A stretch of DNA of 64,000 nt from Octopus vulgaris (taxonomy: Eukaryota), in the NCBI GenBank assembly GCA_951406725.2, contig OX597828.1, forward strand, positions 32,798,001-32,862,000, given 5' to 3'. Below are positions 54,270-64,000 of the stretch, piece by piece (positions within the stretch are counted from its first letter, which is position 1; every line of letters starts with the position of its first letter). The position numbers and the translations under genes are program-made. The notes below the pieces were generated by a model. That model worked only from the letters and a program-made list of their open reading frames with translations, was not told where the DNA came from and ran no database searches.

Positions 54270-55035
54270 TCCACATTGAAGAGATTTTGGGTGCTTCCTT
54301 TCGGCTGTATGTCTCTGGTTACTTTCGTCTCGAACATAGACAGCTCTATTATGTTGTGATTCGAGACTAATGTCGGTGTCACTTTCATATCATGAATCAT
54401 GTTCATATTGTCCGTGAAGCAGAGATCCAGAATGTTATTCGCCCCAGTTGGTTTGAGTACAACTTGCTCCATGAATAAAGCATTGGTGAGGTTGAGCAGG
54501 GACCCCACCTGTACTTGCTTGCAATGATTCATTCCTGAGAGTATGATACCTTCGGGCCATTTGACGTTGGAGAGGTTGAAATCACCCATAAGAAATATGG
54601 TCACATGGTGTTCCAGATTCATGAGGATTTCTTTAATTCTTGTGAGGCAATCTTCAAACTTGGCTATGTAGTTTGGAGCATCTGGTGGGCGATATGTATT
54701 GCATATGACTATATTATGTTGTCTTATGTATACAATTAAAGTGTCACATACCGAATTTGAGTATGTCAGTAAGACCTGGGGTGTGAGGTCATCCCGGATG
54801 TATAGAGCAACTCCACCATGGCTACTTTCCATTCTGTCTTTTCGCAGCATGGCATAGTTTGGTACGTGTACTTCTGCGTCCTCTATATCAAGGCTGAGGT
54901 GAGTTTCCACGAGTGCTATGCATAGGGCTTGATTGCATTCAGTAAGATCACTCAGGAAAGAAATTTTGTTTTTATTTTGATGCAACAGCCCCCACCCCAC
55001 CCCACCAATATTTAGGAAAAGTATTGGGGTGACGG
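54270..55035 (-). pseudogene. CR1/L2-type LINE ORF2 fragment: APE endonuclease domain, open frame, RT missing
   Basis: Within ORF 54041-55216: ILFLNI, ALVETHL, LRKDR..HGGVALYI, YRPP, MGDFN, KPT..NILDLCF, SNH (SDH site altered); runs into simple repeats after ~54270. Confidence 0.9.
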
Positions 55036-55129
55036 CTGTGCAGGCGTTAGGGGAGGCCATCCCGTGTCTGTTGACTGTGAAGGTCTTGCATAGTGGTAGA
55101 CAAGGTTCCTTCTTTGTGCTTGGTGTAGC

Positions 55130-55360
55130 CAGGTTAGCTGCTGGACAATCCTTCGCGCCATGCACAAAAAAGACTCTTGCTGAGCTGCTGCGTTGCGCAG
55201 AACATCTGAGGAGCACACTTCTGTTTTGAATGTTTTCCTGGGAGACATTTCTTGTCTTCCCTCGGTAAAGCTTTTCAGGTTAAGGCCCCTGAAGTTCTGG
55301 CGGAGTGTCGCGTGGGCAAACCGGCAGCTTTTGCCGTCCTCCCCATGCCAACATTTGTCC
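55130..55360 (-). pseudogene. LINE ORF1 remnant with Cys/His-rich (CCCH-like) motifs
   Basis: KCWHGEDGKSCRFAH and further Cys/His residues immediately upstream of the APE domain; frameshifted. Confidence 0.55.
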
Positions 55361-55512
55361 ATATATATGTATATATATATACACACACACACATATATAT
55401 ATTATATATGTGTTTTATGTATTTTTATATTATTTTTTCTTTTTTCGTTTTCCACCTGTTAGAGTTACTACCCTAATAATAGACGGTTTTTCCTAGAGTC
55501 TTGTTTCCATTA

Positions 55513-55572
55513 ATAGCCGACGAGAATGCGTCGTAGCTCTTTGCTCCGGCATTCGAAACTCCGAGTACCATA
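55513..55572 (+). ncRNA. Type I minimal hammerhead-ribozyme-like motif (one core substitution)
   Basis: ATAG-CCGACGA-GAATGC-(19 nt)-GCATTC-GAAAC-TCCGA-GTA-CCAT. Confidence 0.6.
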
Positions 55573-55664
55573 AAGAAAACTTTTACTGTTTTTTTCTAAT
55601 TCATAATATATAAATAATCCTTTATTTCTGTAATATCGGTGTCTTATGCTTTTCTTGGTACATT

Positions 55665-55972
<308 letters not shown>

Positions 55973-55986
55973 ACTCGGTCGTTTTG

Positions 55987-56125
55987 TTTATGTCTGAATG
56001 TTACACGAAAGTGATTATTTTGAGGACTGTACTGACTGAAATCTTTAGGTTCATTTCACTGAATAATTTAGTGAGTTCATTTTTTGAAGAATCATCTGCT
56101 TGTTGTCCCGTTATAGACATGTTCT
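55987..56125 (-). pseudogene. Naiad-like PLE RT fragment (region after the catalytic DD motif)
   Basis: ITGQQADDSSKNELTKLFSEMNLKISVSTVLKIITF..VTF resembles SGPQ.DRI.K.L.K.F...GLKITI..NLK.VNFLDVTF. Confidence 0.6.
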
Positions 56126-56319
56126 AAACATAAACACAACACACGCACACACACGGACACACAAACATCAGATGGTTTAATCAAATACAGAGAGGCAGAA
56201 ATAACAGGAATTTCAAATAAATTTCAAGTAAAACGAATGTTTTGCAAAATTAAATAAAGAACCATCGGTAGAGGACGGTTTATATTGATACTGCTGTCAG
56301 ACACATATACACAAATAGC

Positions 56320-56515
56320 GGTCGAAATTTCAGTTTCTAGGTCTGGCGGTGTGTTGTGATCTAGAGCAAAACAATTCATCTCACATTGCTCTGCTATCAT
56401 TCATGTCGGCCCCTGACCCATGGCACACCGTGCACGTGTTCAGGCAACGTTGATTTGATAGATTGAGTGGACGAACGTGCGGTACGCTCATACGTCGTCT
56501 GCGTCGAAGGTGTCC
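56320..56515 (+). mobile_element. Degenerate SINE with Meta/CORE-like domain and yet another tail
   Basis: GTGTTGTGATCTAGAGCAAAACAATTCATCTCACATTGCTC resembles the H1 central domain. Confidence 0.45.
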
Positions 56516-56614
56516 ATCATATGTGTATGCATTTATATATATATGTATATGTGTGTGTGCATGTGTGTGTGTATGTATGTATATGTGTATGTATGTATGC
56601 GTGTGAGTGTGTTT

Positions 56615-57000
56615 ATCTTCGAAACGCGGAGTAGATTAAACAGGGAACAACTGATAAAAGGGTTTTTATTATGTTCTCGTTTCTCATTTTGTCTACGTTT
56701 TCAATGCCCTGTACCCATATATGCATATATACATATTCATATATATGTAGGTAAGTACACAGATGTACGTATATATGTATATATTATTTATATTATTATA
56801 TATTCGAACGCCACGCATCCATTTCCAAGTACTTCTTATCTATCAATCTATCTATCCATCTATCTATCTATCTGTCTGTCTATCTGTCTATCCATCCATC
56901 CATACATCCATCCATCCATTCATCTAAACGTAGAGTAGATGAAACCGTGGCGACTGAAGAAGGGGTTTTTTCCTTGTGTTATTTGTCCTGTACTCATATT
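56615..57000 (+). mobile_element. Two diverged copies of the split-HHR repeat family
   Basis: CGAAACGCGGAGTAGAT..CTGATAAAAGGG..CCTGTACCCAT (56618-56720) and AAACGTAGAGTAGAT..CTGAAGAAGGGG..CCTGTACTCAT (56926-56998). Confidence 0.55.
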
Positions 57001-57096
57001 TGCGTGTATATATACATGTAGAGGTAGGTTCGTACATATATGTATATATATATGCATATGTTTTATTTATTAATATATATATATATATATATATAT

Positions 57097-57330
57097 AAAG
57101 GGAAAGTTTACGAAAATAAACAAAACACGAAGGCAGGTGGAGTACAAACAAATGTATTAGTATAGCGCTCAGGTATAGAAAAAGTATTTTACGTTTCGGC
57201 AGAAAGATACACAGAAAAAAGCAAGGAGTGAAAAAATGCGTGTAGTAGCTAACCATCTATCATGGCGTATATGGGTGGGTGTCTTTGTATCTTTCTTAAT
57301 ATGGATGTTAAGGCCCTTTAATACTGTAAA
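57097..57330 (-). mobile_element. PLE 3'-end fragment (5390 family) with stem II deleted
   Basis: Minus strand GTATCTTT-CTGCCGAAACGTA-AAATAC..CCTGAGCGCTATACTAATAC..CTCCACCTGCCTTCG.., ending in (TA)n. Confidence 0.75.
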
Positions 57331-58149
57331 ATTCGTCCCGAGAAAATCTCTCGTATAGAAGAGTGCCAGTGCATATAAGCACAGAGATATCGATAACAAA
57401 AGAGAAATATCTGGTACCAGTACTGGAACTGATGCATGACGTGACATCGGTGTGTCTTTGCGCCGCATCAGCAGTAGGCCTCTGCTGACTGCATGCTGAA
57501 GAAAACTTACTTTCGCCGATATATAGAGTAACAGTGATTATTTAGTCACTGGTGTTGGTACAGAGTCGAGGTTTTGTGCCTCGTGCACGTAGTCCTAAGT
57601 CATAGTTTCATTCACTGCAATGCGATTAGGTTTCACAAATATATTTCTTCCAAATTTCATGTTTTCACCATTCCTGCAGATTATGGTTCAGGAAACAACT
57701 ATATAGACTGAAATTTCCAATGAATATATTTTTCTCTTGCTACATAATTTGTTTGTATGCACACACGCACACACGCACACACACACAGACTCATTCACTC
57801 TCACACAAACATACACACGAACACACACACATACATACACACACACTTATGATTGGCCGAGCTATGACCATGCATGGTTTTCTGTTGCTTCAAGCGACAA
57901 GGCGACAGATAAAATTGTCTTATTTTTATTATTACCCATATTATATAAATAGTATTAAATCCAATAGTATTAGATCTCTTTCCGAATCTAAAACAACAGA
58001 AGCTATAGATTTCTTAGAGCAAGAACTACAAATAAGTATATTTGTTATTGTGTTTAGACAGCACGATGTAACATAGAAGCAGGCAGCTGGGTAGAAAATT
58101 AAATGACCTGTCTCGGGGAGTGAGAAAAGAATACAACATAGAGATTTAC

Positions 58150-58630
58150 AACAAATTTAAAGAACGATATAATAAAAGATCAGTGTGGTAAAATTGTTAT
58201 TCATACCAGTATTTACAATTAGTTACGTTTAGAAGAAAATTTTCTCAGACAATGATTTGAAAACCAGGAAACGATGTGGTCACCCGAGCAAGATTAGCTG
58301 GAGGGATGGCAACTAGTTGATTATACACAAAACATCGAACAAAAGAAAGACATTACGGGATATTACAAGTGAATTTAATGAAAACAGATATCCTGCTGTT
58401 AGACTACATCACAGAACAAAGCGCAAATGACTACAAGAGAGTAGTTATATGAAAGAAAATGGTTGTTTCCGAGGTAGACAGGGAAAAAATGTCTTCCATG
58501 CTGACTACAAAATAGAAAATTGGCAATGACTATTGGAAAATTATAGTGTTTTCTGATGGAATTCTGACGGATTGTGCACGGGAATAATCAGTGTTTATTT
58601 GTACGATGAACGTCAAGGAAAGCATGTCTA
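58150..58630 (+). pseudogene. Degenerate Tc1-family transposase (HTH2 to first catalytic D)
   Basis: RKRCGHPSKISWRD..NKRKTLRDITSEFNEN and NDYWKIIVFSD match the Tc1 GRPR..RD.R and W..VIFSDE motifs. Confidence 0.7.
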
Positions 58631-60152
58631 TTCTTTCGGTGTCTTGGGTGAGTGAAGGACAGATATAGGAAGAAAGACAGAGACAGAGAGACGTCTGAAA
58701 AGAAAATATTAAAAGAAACTTGTATTTCGATTTTAAAATTACACCTCAGAACTGCAGTAAAATTTGAGAAAAAATATTCCCTTATTATTTCCATTATTTT
58801 GTTTTTTGTTTTTCTTTCCATCTCGTTTTTTTTTTTTAATAATATCAGACTCAACGTAAACTAACTCGCTAAACAAACGAGCAAGTCGCTCTACAGTTTT
58901 CAAATCCATTCATATATTGGCATAATAACACTGAAACATAATATTTTGTATACATTACACCATCACTGTCCCTGGCTTATCACACATAAAACTTAGTTGC
59001 TGAGCAAATGAGGAGGTTTGTTGCGTAACTATGGTAGAAGGCTTGCTGCAAGGCAAAAGGCTAACAAGCCGATTAAGATTGCAGATGTGAATGAGTATAA
59101 AACTTCCCTGAACTTATCATTGTTGTTACCTAATATAAAGGTAGTAATGCTATTAAATTTGATCCTGAACTCTGATGGCAATTGTGGTAAAATTTGACAC
59201 TATCCAATGGCGCTCTGTTATGGGATATTGTGAATTTGATACATGCTGTCGGGTGTAAATTATTAATAAATGTGTGCGTGGTTAAAACAAACCAGTATTT
59301 CATTCAGAATAAAAAAAATTTGATCAATTCCTAGATTGTAGTAAGGTTCTACTATAATATACAGCTGAATCCTAACATCCTTAGAATGATTTTTACTTAT
59401 CTTTTATCGAAATGAACCTCTCAAAGCTGAGAAATCTGTAAAACATTAAACAGCAGATCATTTCAAAGTCGTGCAATTCCAAGCGTCAATCAAAAGCTGT
59501 CTCAGGTGTTTTTTCTACATAGAAGACGATTCCCTTGCAATTCATGCTAGCAAAAACACCCGAAGACTGACTGGTAGCGGATTTGTTCTAGTTGAATAAA
59601 AAAGATATTTTAGCGCACACATAACACGAAAAAAGACAAAAATTATAATTCTAGAGAGAAGATTATGCTTGACTGAATGGCAATAAAAGTAAAAATAAAA
59701 CAGAAGCAATGTTTTGGAAACGTCACAAACACTTTGCGAAATAGAGTCAAGTGTCACTTGGAATAAAAAGAAAAATTTACGAGCTGAGGTGCTTTCAATC
59801 ATGTGTTCATTGATCCAACGTGCATAACGTATAAAGGTATAAAGTAGTTTCGTTTACCAAACCAGTTGCTGTTCTCTATGTTCTTCAGAATCAAATGACA
59901 TTCAGTGAGATGTCGACTCAGTTATAGAAACGTAGTGAGACAAGCCGCGATAGCTAAGAGAAGCTGCGCAAATAGTTAGTGACGTAGATAGATGATGAAA
60001 AGCAGCACTAGGTAGTATATAAATATATATATATATACATATATACTTGTATACATACATATATATGTATATATATAAAGTATACTCATACATACATACA
60101 TATACACGCGCGCACACACACAACACACACGCACACACACACACATATATAT

Positions 60153-60275
60153 GAGGCCAGAATCGTTACCTCATCGAACAATGTGCTTAGCATCATTTCT
60201 TCCGACTCTTTACGTTTTCAATTCAAGATCCACAGATGTCGTCTTCAGCGTTCATCCCTTCGGAAGCAATATAGT
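60153..60275 (+). mobile_element. Diverged truncated Nin-like SINE
   Basis: CAGAATCGTTA..AATGTGCTTAGCATCATTTC..CTTTACGTT..TTCATCCCTTCGG. Confidence 0.5.
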
Positions 60276-60408
60276 GAAAATTAATACACACATGCGTATA
60301 CGATGTGTGTGTGTGTGCATATGTGTGTAATAATCATATGTGTGTAACGATAGTCATACAGAGTGAAACGAAAAGCTACACTTAACAGGCGATTATGCTT
60401 GCAATTAT

Positions 60409-60793
60409 GGAAGGAAGCACTCCGTCGGTTACGACGACGAGGGTTCCGGTTGATCCGAATCAATGGAACAGCCTGCTCGTGAAATTAACGTGTAAGTGGC
60501 TGAGCATTCTACAGACACGTGTACCCTTAACGTAGTTCTCGGGGATATTCAGCGTGACACAGAGAGTGACAAGGCCGGCCCTTTGAAATACAGGTACAAC
60601 AGAAACAGGAAGTAAGAGTGAGAGAATGTTGTGGTGAAAGAGTACAGCAGGGATCACCACCATCCCTGCCGGAGCCTCGTGGAGCTTTAGGTGTTTTCGC
60701 TCAATAAACACTCACAATGCCCGGCGTGGGAATCGAAACCGCGATCCTCCGACCGCGAGTCCGCTGCCCTAACCACTGGGCCATTGCGCCTCC
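60409..60793 (-). mobile_element. Full-length tRNA SINE, head H2 + tail T2; 12-bp TSD
   Basis: GGAGGCGCAATGGCCCAGTGGTTAGGGC (A box), GGTTTCGATTCCC (B box); GCTTGCAATTAT at 60397-60408 and 60794-60805. Confidence 0.92.
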
Positions 60794-61097
60794 GCTTGCA
60801 ATTATAAGACGAACCTGTTTAACATCTAAAATAAGCATTGAAGTGAGCTAACTCCAGTAATATAAGTTAATCCAAATTCTTCTAAAAGGAAGACCGTGCC
60901 GTTAGAGTGTACCTTTTCCACAAAAGCCCACACATGAAAGGTAAAGGAAAGTTCGTTTCCGAGGCATATTCATTCGCAGGGCGGATTTCCCAATTTGCAT
61001 GCTGTACATATCTCCCACTCGGAAAGGACGCCGATCCGTCACATAATTACAAATTTTTGCTGTGTGGACTACAGCAACATAAAATGCAGTACTCTCA

Positions 61098-61500
61098 TTT
61101 ACTCTTTTACTAGTTTCAGTCATTTGGCTGCGGCCATGCTGGATCACCGCCTTTAATCGAGCAACTCGACCCCGGGACTTATTCTTTGTAAGCCCAGTAC
61201 TTATTCTATCGGTCTCTTTTGCCGAACCGCTAAGTAACGGGGACATAAATACACCAGCATCGGTTGTCAAGCAATGCTAGGGGGACAAACACACAAACAA
61301 ACACACACACATACACACAGATATATATATACATATATACGACAGGCTTCTTTCAGTTTCCGTCTACCAAATCCACTCACAAGGCTTTGGTCGGCCCGAG
61401 GCTATAGTAGAAGACACTTGCCCAAAGTGCCACGCAGTGGGACTGAACCCGGAACCATGTGGTTGGTAAACAAGCTACTTACCACACAGCCAATCCTACG
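61098..61500 (-). mobile_element. Full-length CORE-type SINE with internal microsatellite
   Basis: TGGCTGTGTGGTAAGTAGC..GGGTTCAGTCCC head, TTTGGGCAAGTGTCTTCTAC core, (TA)/(TG) middle, tail ..TGACTGAAACTAGTAAAAGAG. Confidence 0.9.
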
Positions 61501-61979
61501 TCTATGTTTTTTTTGTTTTTTTTTCTCAAAAACACAACGCGTCGGCCGATTCAGGAATTGAAACAACAAACTGACGATCGTGAGTCCAACACCCCAATTA
61601 CATATAAAACAAGGAATGGTAACAGAAACCTGTTATGTATGTTAAAAGTGTAGGTGGAAAACCTTAGAATACCGTATAAAATGCCATCGCAACAATTTAT
61701 ACCATCATTTTCACCTACGAATTAAGATCTTAAGGGTTTGATGTTCCACTTCATATTTGGTGGTTAACTAAATATGAAGAATTATAGTTAGACTATTAAT
61801 ATATATTTCTACCCCTAAATATATCTCTTTGGTATGGGACATGTTAGCACATCTGCTGTAGTTGTTACTTCGGCGTTGACTTATTTGACTTCAGGCTTTT
61901 TAATTTTCCTTTTGTTATAATGCTTTCTCACTCTACTCCTCCTCCTCCACTCTCTCTCACTCTCTCGCTCTTTCTGTAA

Positions 61980-62021
<42 letters not shown>

Positions 62022-62800
62022 TTCCTATATGCATGTGTATATTCTGCGCACGCATTCACGTGCATCTATGTGTCCACATCCAGCACCACACATATTATCA
62101 TCAAAATAGGTTCAATGTCCAGTTATTCGTGCCAAATCATTAACGTCCATTCGGCTGCGCCCGATGGTTTCTATCCGCTGTTTTTTTATGCTTAGTTTCA
62201 TAAATTCATATTGTAATTTATTTATTGTAGAGGAAACATATTCGGTTTTTAAGTACGATAATCACTGAAGAAAAAGAATTACTCGATTAGTTGATATCAC
62301 GAATAATTTACGATATATTTTCCTTCCTTTTTTAAAAGATGCCTAATCTGAAAGAAGGAGTAGCACAGATTGTATTTGCAGGCCTTAAGAAAGCAGTGAG
62401 ATTGATACTGTTAAGGCCCCGCTTAAAGTATACTGAATATCAATAATTCCAAGACATAACACGAGCGAAGAGACAGGATCGGATATAGTGGTAGTTGTGG
62501 GTTCGACAGAATCAGGTCAAACTTCCGTAATTAGGGGAGAGGAGACAAATGAATCGAGAGAAGCTTGAACGGATGTGTCGTGAGTCCACTCCTATTCGAG
62601 AAACACAGACCAGTATTATAGCAGATGAGACGACAGAGAAATGAGATGATACATTTATAGGCCAGATCAAAGTGTGAATATTTGTGATTATTTATGAGTC
62701 AATCAGTCGCGTAGCATTTGGTAATATGCGTTAGATATTGAGTTCTAAAGACATTGGGATCAGTTTCACGTTTCTTTAATCAATGATAGTAACGTGATAA

Positions 62801-63195
62801 GGCAGTGAGCTGGCAGAAACGTTAGCACGCCGGGCAAAATGTTTAGCGGTATTTCGTCTGTCTTTACGTTCTGAGTTCAAATTCCGCCGAGGTCGACTTG
62901 GCCTTTCATCCTTTCGGGGTCGATAAATTAAGTACCAGTTACGTACTGGGGTCGATGTAATCGACTTAATACCTATGTCTGTCCTTGTTTGCGCCCTCTA
63001 TGTTTAGTCCCTTGTGGATAATAAAGAAATATGTATTTCGTCTGTTTTTACGTTCTGAGTTCAAATTCCGCCGAGGTCGACTTTGCCTTTCATCCTTTCG
63101 GGGTCGAAAAATTAAGTATCAGTTGCATACTGGGGTCGATCTAATCGACTGGCTCCCTCCCTCAAAATTTCGGGATTTGTGCCTAAAGTAGAAAG
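62801..63195 (+). mobile_element. Nin-like tRNA SINE, two internal units; imperfect TSD
   Basis: Collinear with 40020-40418; flanks AATGATAGTAACGTGATAA / AATGATACTAATGTGGTGA. Confidence 0.9.
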
Positions 63196-63214
63196 AATGA
63201 TACTAATGTGGTGA

Positions 63215-63422
63215 TCTAGAAGAACTATTAATCTGTCGGACAAAATGTTTAGCTGCGTTTCTTCCGGCTCTTTGCGTTGTGAGTTCAAATTTCGTCGATG
63301 TCGGCTTTGCTCTTCATTGTTTCCGTTGTCGATAAAATAATTACCGGTTAAATACTGGAGTCGATATATTTGACATATTCCTCCCCGAAATAGCTAACGT
63401 TCGGTTTGAATTTGAAACCACT
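63215..63422 (+). mobile_element. Older diverged Nin-like SINE immediately downstream of the 62801 copy
   Basis: GGACAAAATGTTTAGC..GAGTTCAAATTTCGTCG..GTCGATAAAATAA.TACC..CTGGAGTCGAT. Confidence 0.65.
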
Positions 63423-64000
63423 ATTCAATGCTTTGCTAGAGATGTGATAGAAATATACTTCAATCGCCAGTTTACTAAACAAAATGTCTGACTTTGAACT
63501 AAGGATAGAAATCGTAGTTATTGACGCACACTTATTTACATCTACACAATACGTATTCTTGTAATTCAACGCTTCTGTTATTGGCATCGATTATTACAAT
63601 TACTACAACTATTACTAATACTACTACTACTACTAAAACTACTACTACCACTAAGTATTATCGGTAGCAGTAGCAACAGCAACGTTGCCGCCGTTGATTC
63701 TGCTTTATTTTTTTGCTTTTCAGTAACTTTTCATTCGTCTACATTTTCTACTTGTGTTCGTTTAAACTATATTAATGTACTTCTCCCTTCTGTATTAATG
63801 TTTTTCTTTGATGTGTTGTTCTTGTTCTACTTCTCAGCTTTGTCTACTGTTTTGCTTCTTTAATATGAGCACCCCCCCCATATTTTCAAATGGGCCCACT
63901 TATGCAATTCTTCCATATATAAGTGTGTGTATGTGTGTGTATGTATGGATGTATATACATATATATGTGTGTGTACGTGCGTAAGAACGCCTAAATATAC

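Overview
AT-rich, repeat-saturated animal genomic DNA with no recognisable host gene; it reads as intergenic sequence or a large intron. The tRNA-derived SINE families and extreme (TA)n/(TG)n/(TAGA)n density suggest an octopus (coleoid cephalopod); this is pattern recognition, not a search result. Nearly all listed ORFs are microsatellite artefacts. Real protein signal comes only from transposon relics: mariner and Tc1 transposases, R4-type, L1/Tx1-type and CR1/L2-type LINE pieces, and Penelope-like elements (PLEs) of Naiad-like and Neptune-like type. The main unexplained signal is RNA structure. Several repeat families carry hammerhead-ribozyme (HHR)-like cores. One is a TSD-bounded chimera of tRNA-like head, (AAT)n and a PLE-type HHR tail (51920-52195), a candidate Penelope-mobilised SINE. 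Another is a (TA)n-targeting PLE 3'-end family whose four copies all have a non-canonical CUG(U/C)(U/C)GA-type core. Also present: mix-and-match SINE modules, a ~465-bp foldback, a local inverted SINE duplication and a 7x144-bp tandem array.
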